Source: a virus | Taxonomy: Duplodnaviria; Caudoviricetes | Direction: 5' to 3' (one strand) | Virus record (IMG/VR): IMGVR_UViG_3300025570_002181 | Span: 1 to 28,002 of that record | DNA length: 28,002 nucleotides | Shown here: positions 26,546 through 28,002 of the stretch, in pieces | Layout: each line of letters opens with the position of its first letter | Numbering within the stretch: the first letter of the stretch is position 1 | Made by a program: the position numbers and the translations under genes | The notes under the pieces: model-generated | Seen by the model: only the letters and a program-made list of their open reading frames with translations | What the model was told of the DNA's origin: nothing | Database searches by the model: none

Positions 26546-27907
26546 TTAGGTGTTTAGTGAAAAAAACTGTTGCGCTAATGCGTCTCGATCTAGAGTATTA
26601 AGATTTGTATTTGGGAGTTGTTGAACAGGGGCGGGTGCATCGCTATCATCAAAGTGGTGGTCTGAGACTTCAAAATGTCCTGTAGAAGTATCTGCTACCA
26701 CTGAAAATGTCATTCCATCCATTCCGTATCTGTTTTTCATAATGTGAAATCTTCCTGTTCCATTTACTTTATCCTCCTTTTTACGTGAAAGAGATATAGC
26801 AATGTCGGTAACCATCATTTTGTCATAGCTACCGGCAGCTTTATCACCCTCAATTACATCATCTTTTGCTCCAGCTCGATTTACTTGAGAAACAGACCAA
26901 ACTGGTAACTGTAATTCTTTAGCGAGCCCTTTAGTGCTTAGATAAATATCGTCTATTTCTCCTTTTCTATCACTAACTCGTTTTTTAGATGAAAGTAAGT
27001 CAACATAGTCAATAAGAATTAAATCAGGTGCAAATTCTAAATCTTGACACTTTTGAATATGCGATCGAAGAGTATTAACTGTGGCCATTCCAGGTGAGAA
27101 CTCTTTAATAATAAGTTGGCCTGGGAGTTGTTCTACTACTTCATCAATTCTAGCCCTATGTTTAGATAGCGTATCTACCGGCTTACCTGTGAAGAATGCA
27201 TCGTAGCGTCGCCCTACATAATCTTCGCCAAGTTCTAAAGTATAATGCAGTACATTATAACCCATTTTCACGGCGTACCCACCAAGAGCAACCAAAGTCC
27301 ATGACTTACCTCCTCCAGGATTACCAAATATAAGACCAAAATCTCCGTTACCAAGACCCCCCTGCATAAATTCATTAAATTTTTCCCAAGGAGTAGGGAC
27401 AACTTTTCTAGCATCTTCTCTATAACGAGCTTCAGTGTCTTTAAGATATTCATGTCCTATGTTTTTATCATTACCTGCTTTTAAAGCATTATCAATAAGT
27501 CCTCTAATAGATTCAAAATCACCCGAGTTAAGTAAATCTACACTATTAAGGAGGGCTTTTTTAAGTTGTTGATTTTTACAAAATGAAGAAAATTCCTTTT
27601 CAATATACTCTAAATCCGCTGTTGAGGATTGGTAAGCCTCACGAAGTTGTTCTTTAATTGAGAGTTGTAATACTTCATTTTCAACTTTTTTCATTTCTAC
27701 TTTCAATACTTCCATTGTAGGAGTAGTATTGTATTGTTCGTAGTAATCTAAAATATGTTTAACAACCCATTTATGTGCTTGATTGTCAAAATATTCTTCA
27801 CTCAATACATCATGCATTTGTTGGAGAAACTCCTTATGCGTAAGGAGTGAAGATAAAACCTTTATTTGAAAGGCTGTGCCGTATGTGGAAAGAGAGTTGA
27901 GAGTCAA
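26546..27907 (-). CDS. Replicative helicase (DnaB / T4 gp41-like)
   Basis: Walker A GNPGGGKS, YTLEL, Walker B LIDYVD, SQVNR, KNRYG; TTG start. Confidence 0.93.
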   Translation of the reverse strand: MTLNSLSTYGTAFQIKVLSSLLTHKEFLQQMHDVLSEEYFDNQAHKWVVKHILDYYEQYNTTPTMEVLKVEMKKVENEVLQLSIKEQLREAYQSSTADLEYIEKEFSSFCKNQQLKKALLNSVDLLNSGDFESIRGLIDNALKAGNDKNIGHEYLKDTEARYREDARKVVPTPWEKFNEFMQGGLGNGDFGLIFGNPGGGKSWTLVALGGYAVKMGYNVLHYTLELGEDYVGRRYDAFFTGKPVDTLSKHRARIDEVVEQLPGQLIIKEFSPGMATVNTLRSHIQKCQDLEFAPDLILIDYVDLLSSKKRVSDRKGEIDDIYLSTKGLAKELQLPVWSVSQVNRAGAKDDVIEGDKAAGSYDKMMVTDIAISLSRKKEDKVNGTGRFHIMKNRYGMDGMTFSVVADTSTGHFEVSDHHFDDSDAPAPVQQLPNTNLNTLDRDALAQQFFSLNT

Positions 27908-27911
27908 AACT

Positions 27912-28002
27912 TTAATGTGTTAATCGTGTAAATGTATCCTTTAACCAAAACTCTGTATTTTTAATATGGTGGTTTAACCCATCTTCACTGTATAAACTCA
28001 TG
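27912..28002 (-). CDS. C-terminal end of an upstream gene (possibly a 5'-3' exonuclease/RNase H)
   Basis: Open frame ...MSLYSEDGLNHHIKNTEFWLKDTFTRLTH-stop ending 4 nt before the helicase start. Product is a guess from synteny. Confidence 0.45.
   Translation of the reverse strand, partial: MSLYSEDGLNHHIKNTEFWLKDTFTRLTH

Overview
AT-rich, gene-dense segment of a large dsDNA phage. All credible genes are on the minus strand, and the standard genetic code applies. The host is very probably Bacteroidota, based on TTTG-N19-21-TATATTTA promoters, no Shine-Dalgarno pattern, a CarboxypepD-type TonB-dependent receptor and a T9SS type-B cargo protein. Contents: (1) replication genes: DnaB/gp41-like helicase, a family-B polymerase split into two genes, sliding clamp and clamp loader; (2) nucleotide metabolism: NrdA/NrdB, thioredoxin, ThyX, HPRT and a MazG-like pyrophosphatase; (3) a 7-deazaguanine pathway: FolE, QueD, QueE, QueC and a divergent TGT/DpdA-like protein; (4) chaperones Hsp20, GroES and GroEL; (5) two holin-like genes, a nuclease and DUF5675; (6) four free-standing homing endonucleases. 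Most notable observations: QueC and QueD have lost their zinc ligands and FolE is co-transcribed with HPRT and a MazG-like gene; the phage encodes host-surface proteins; the homing endonuclease start codons sit in hairpins overlapping their own promoters; GroEL carries natural single-ring-type substitutions. All calls come from motif recognition by eye; no searches were run.
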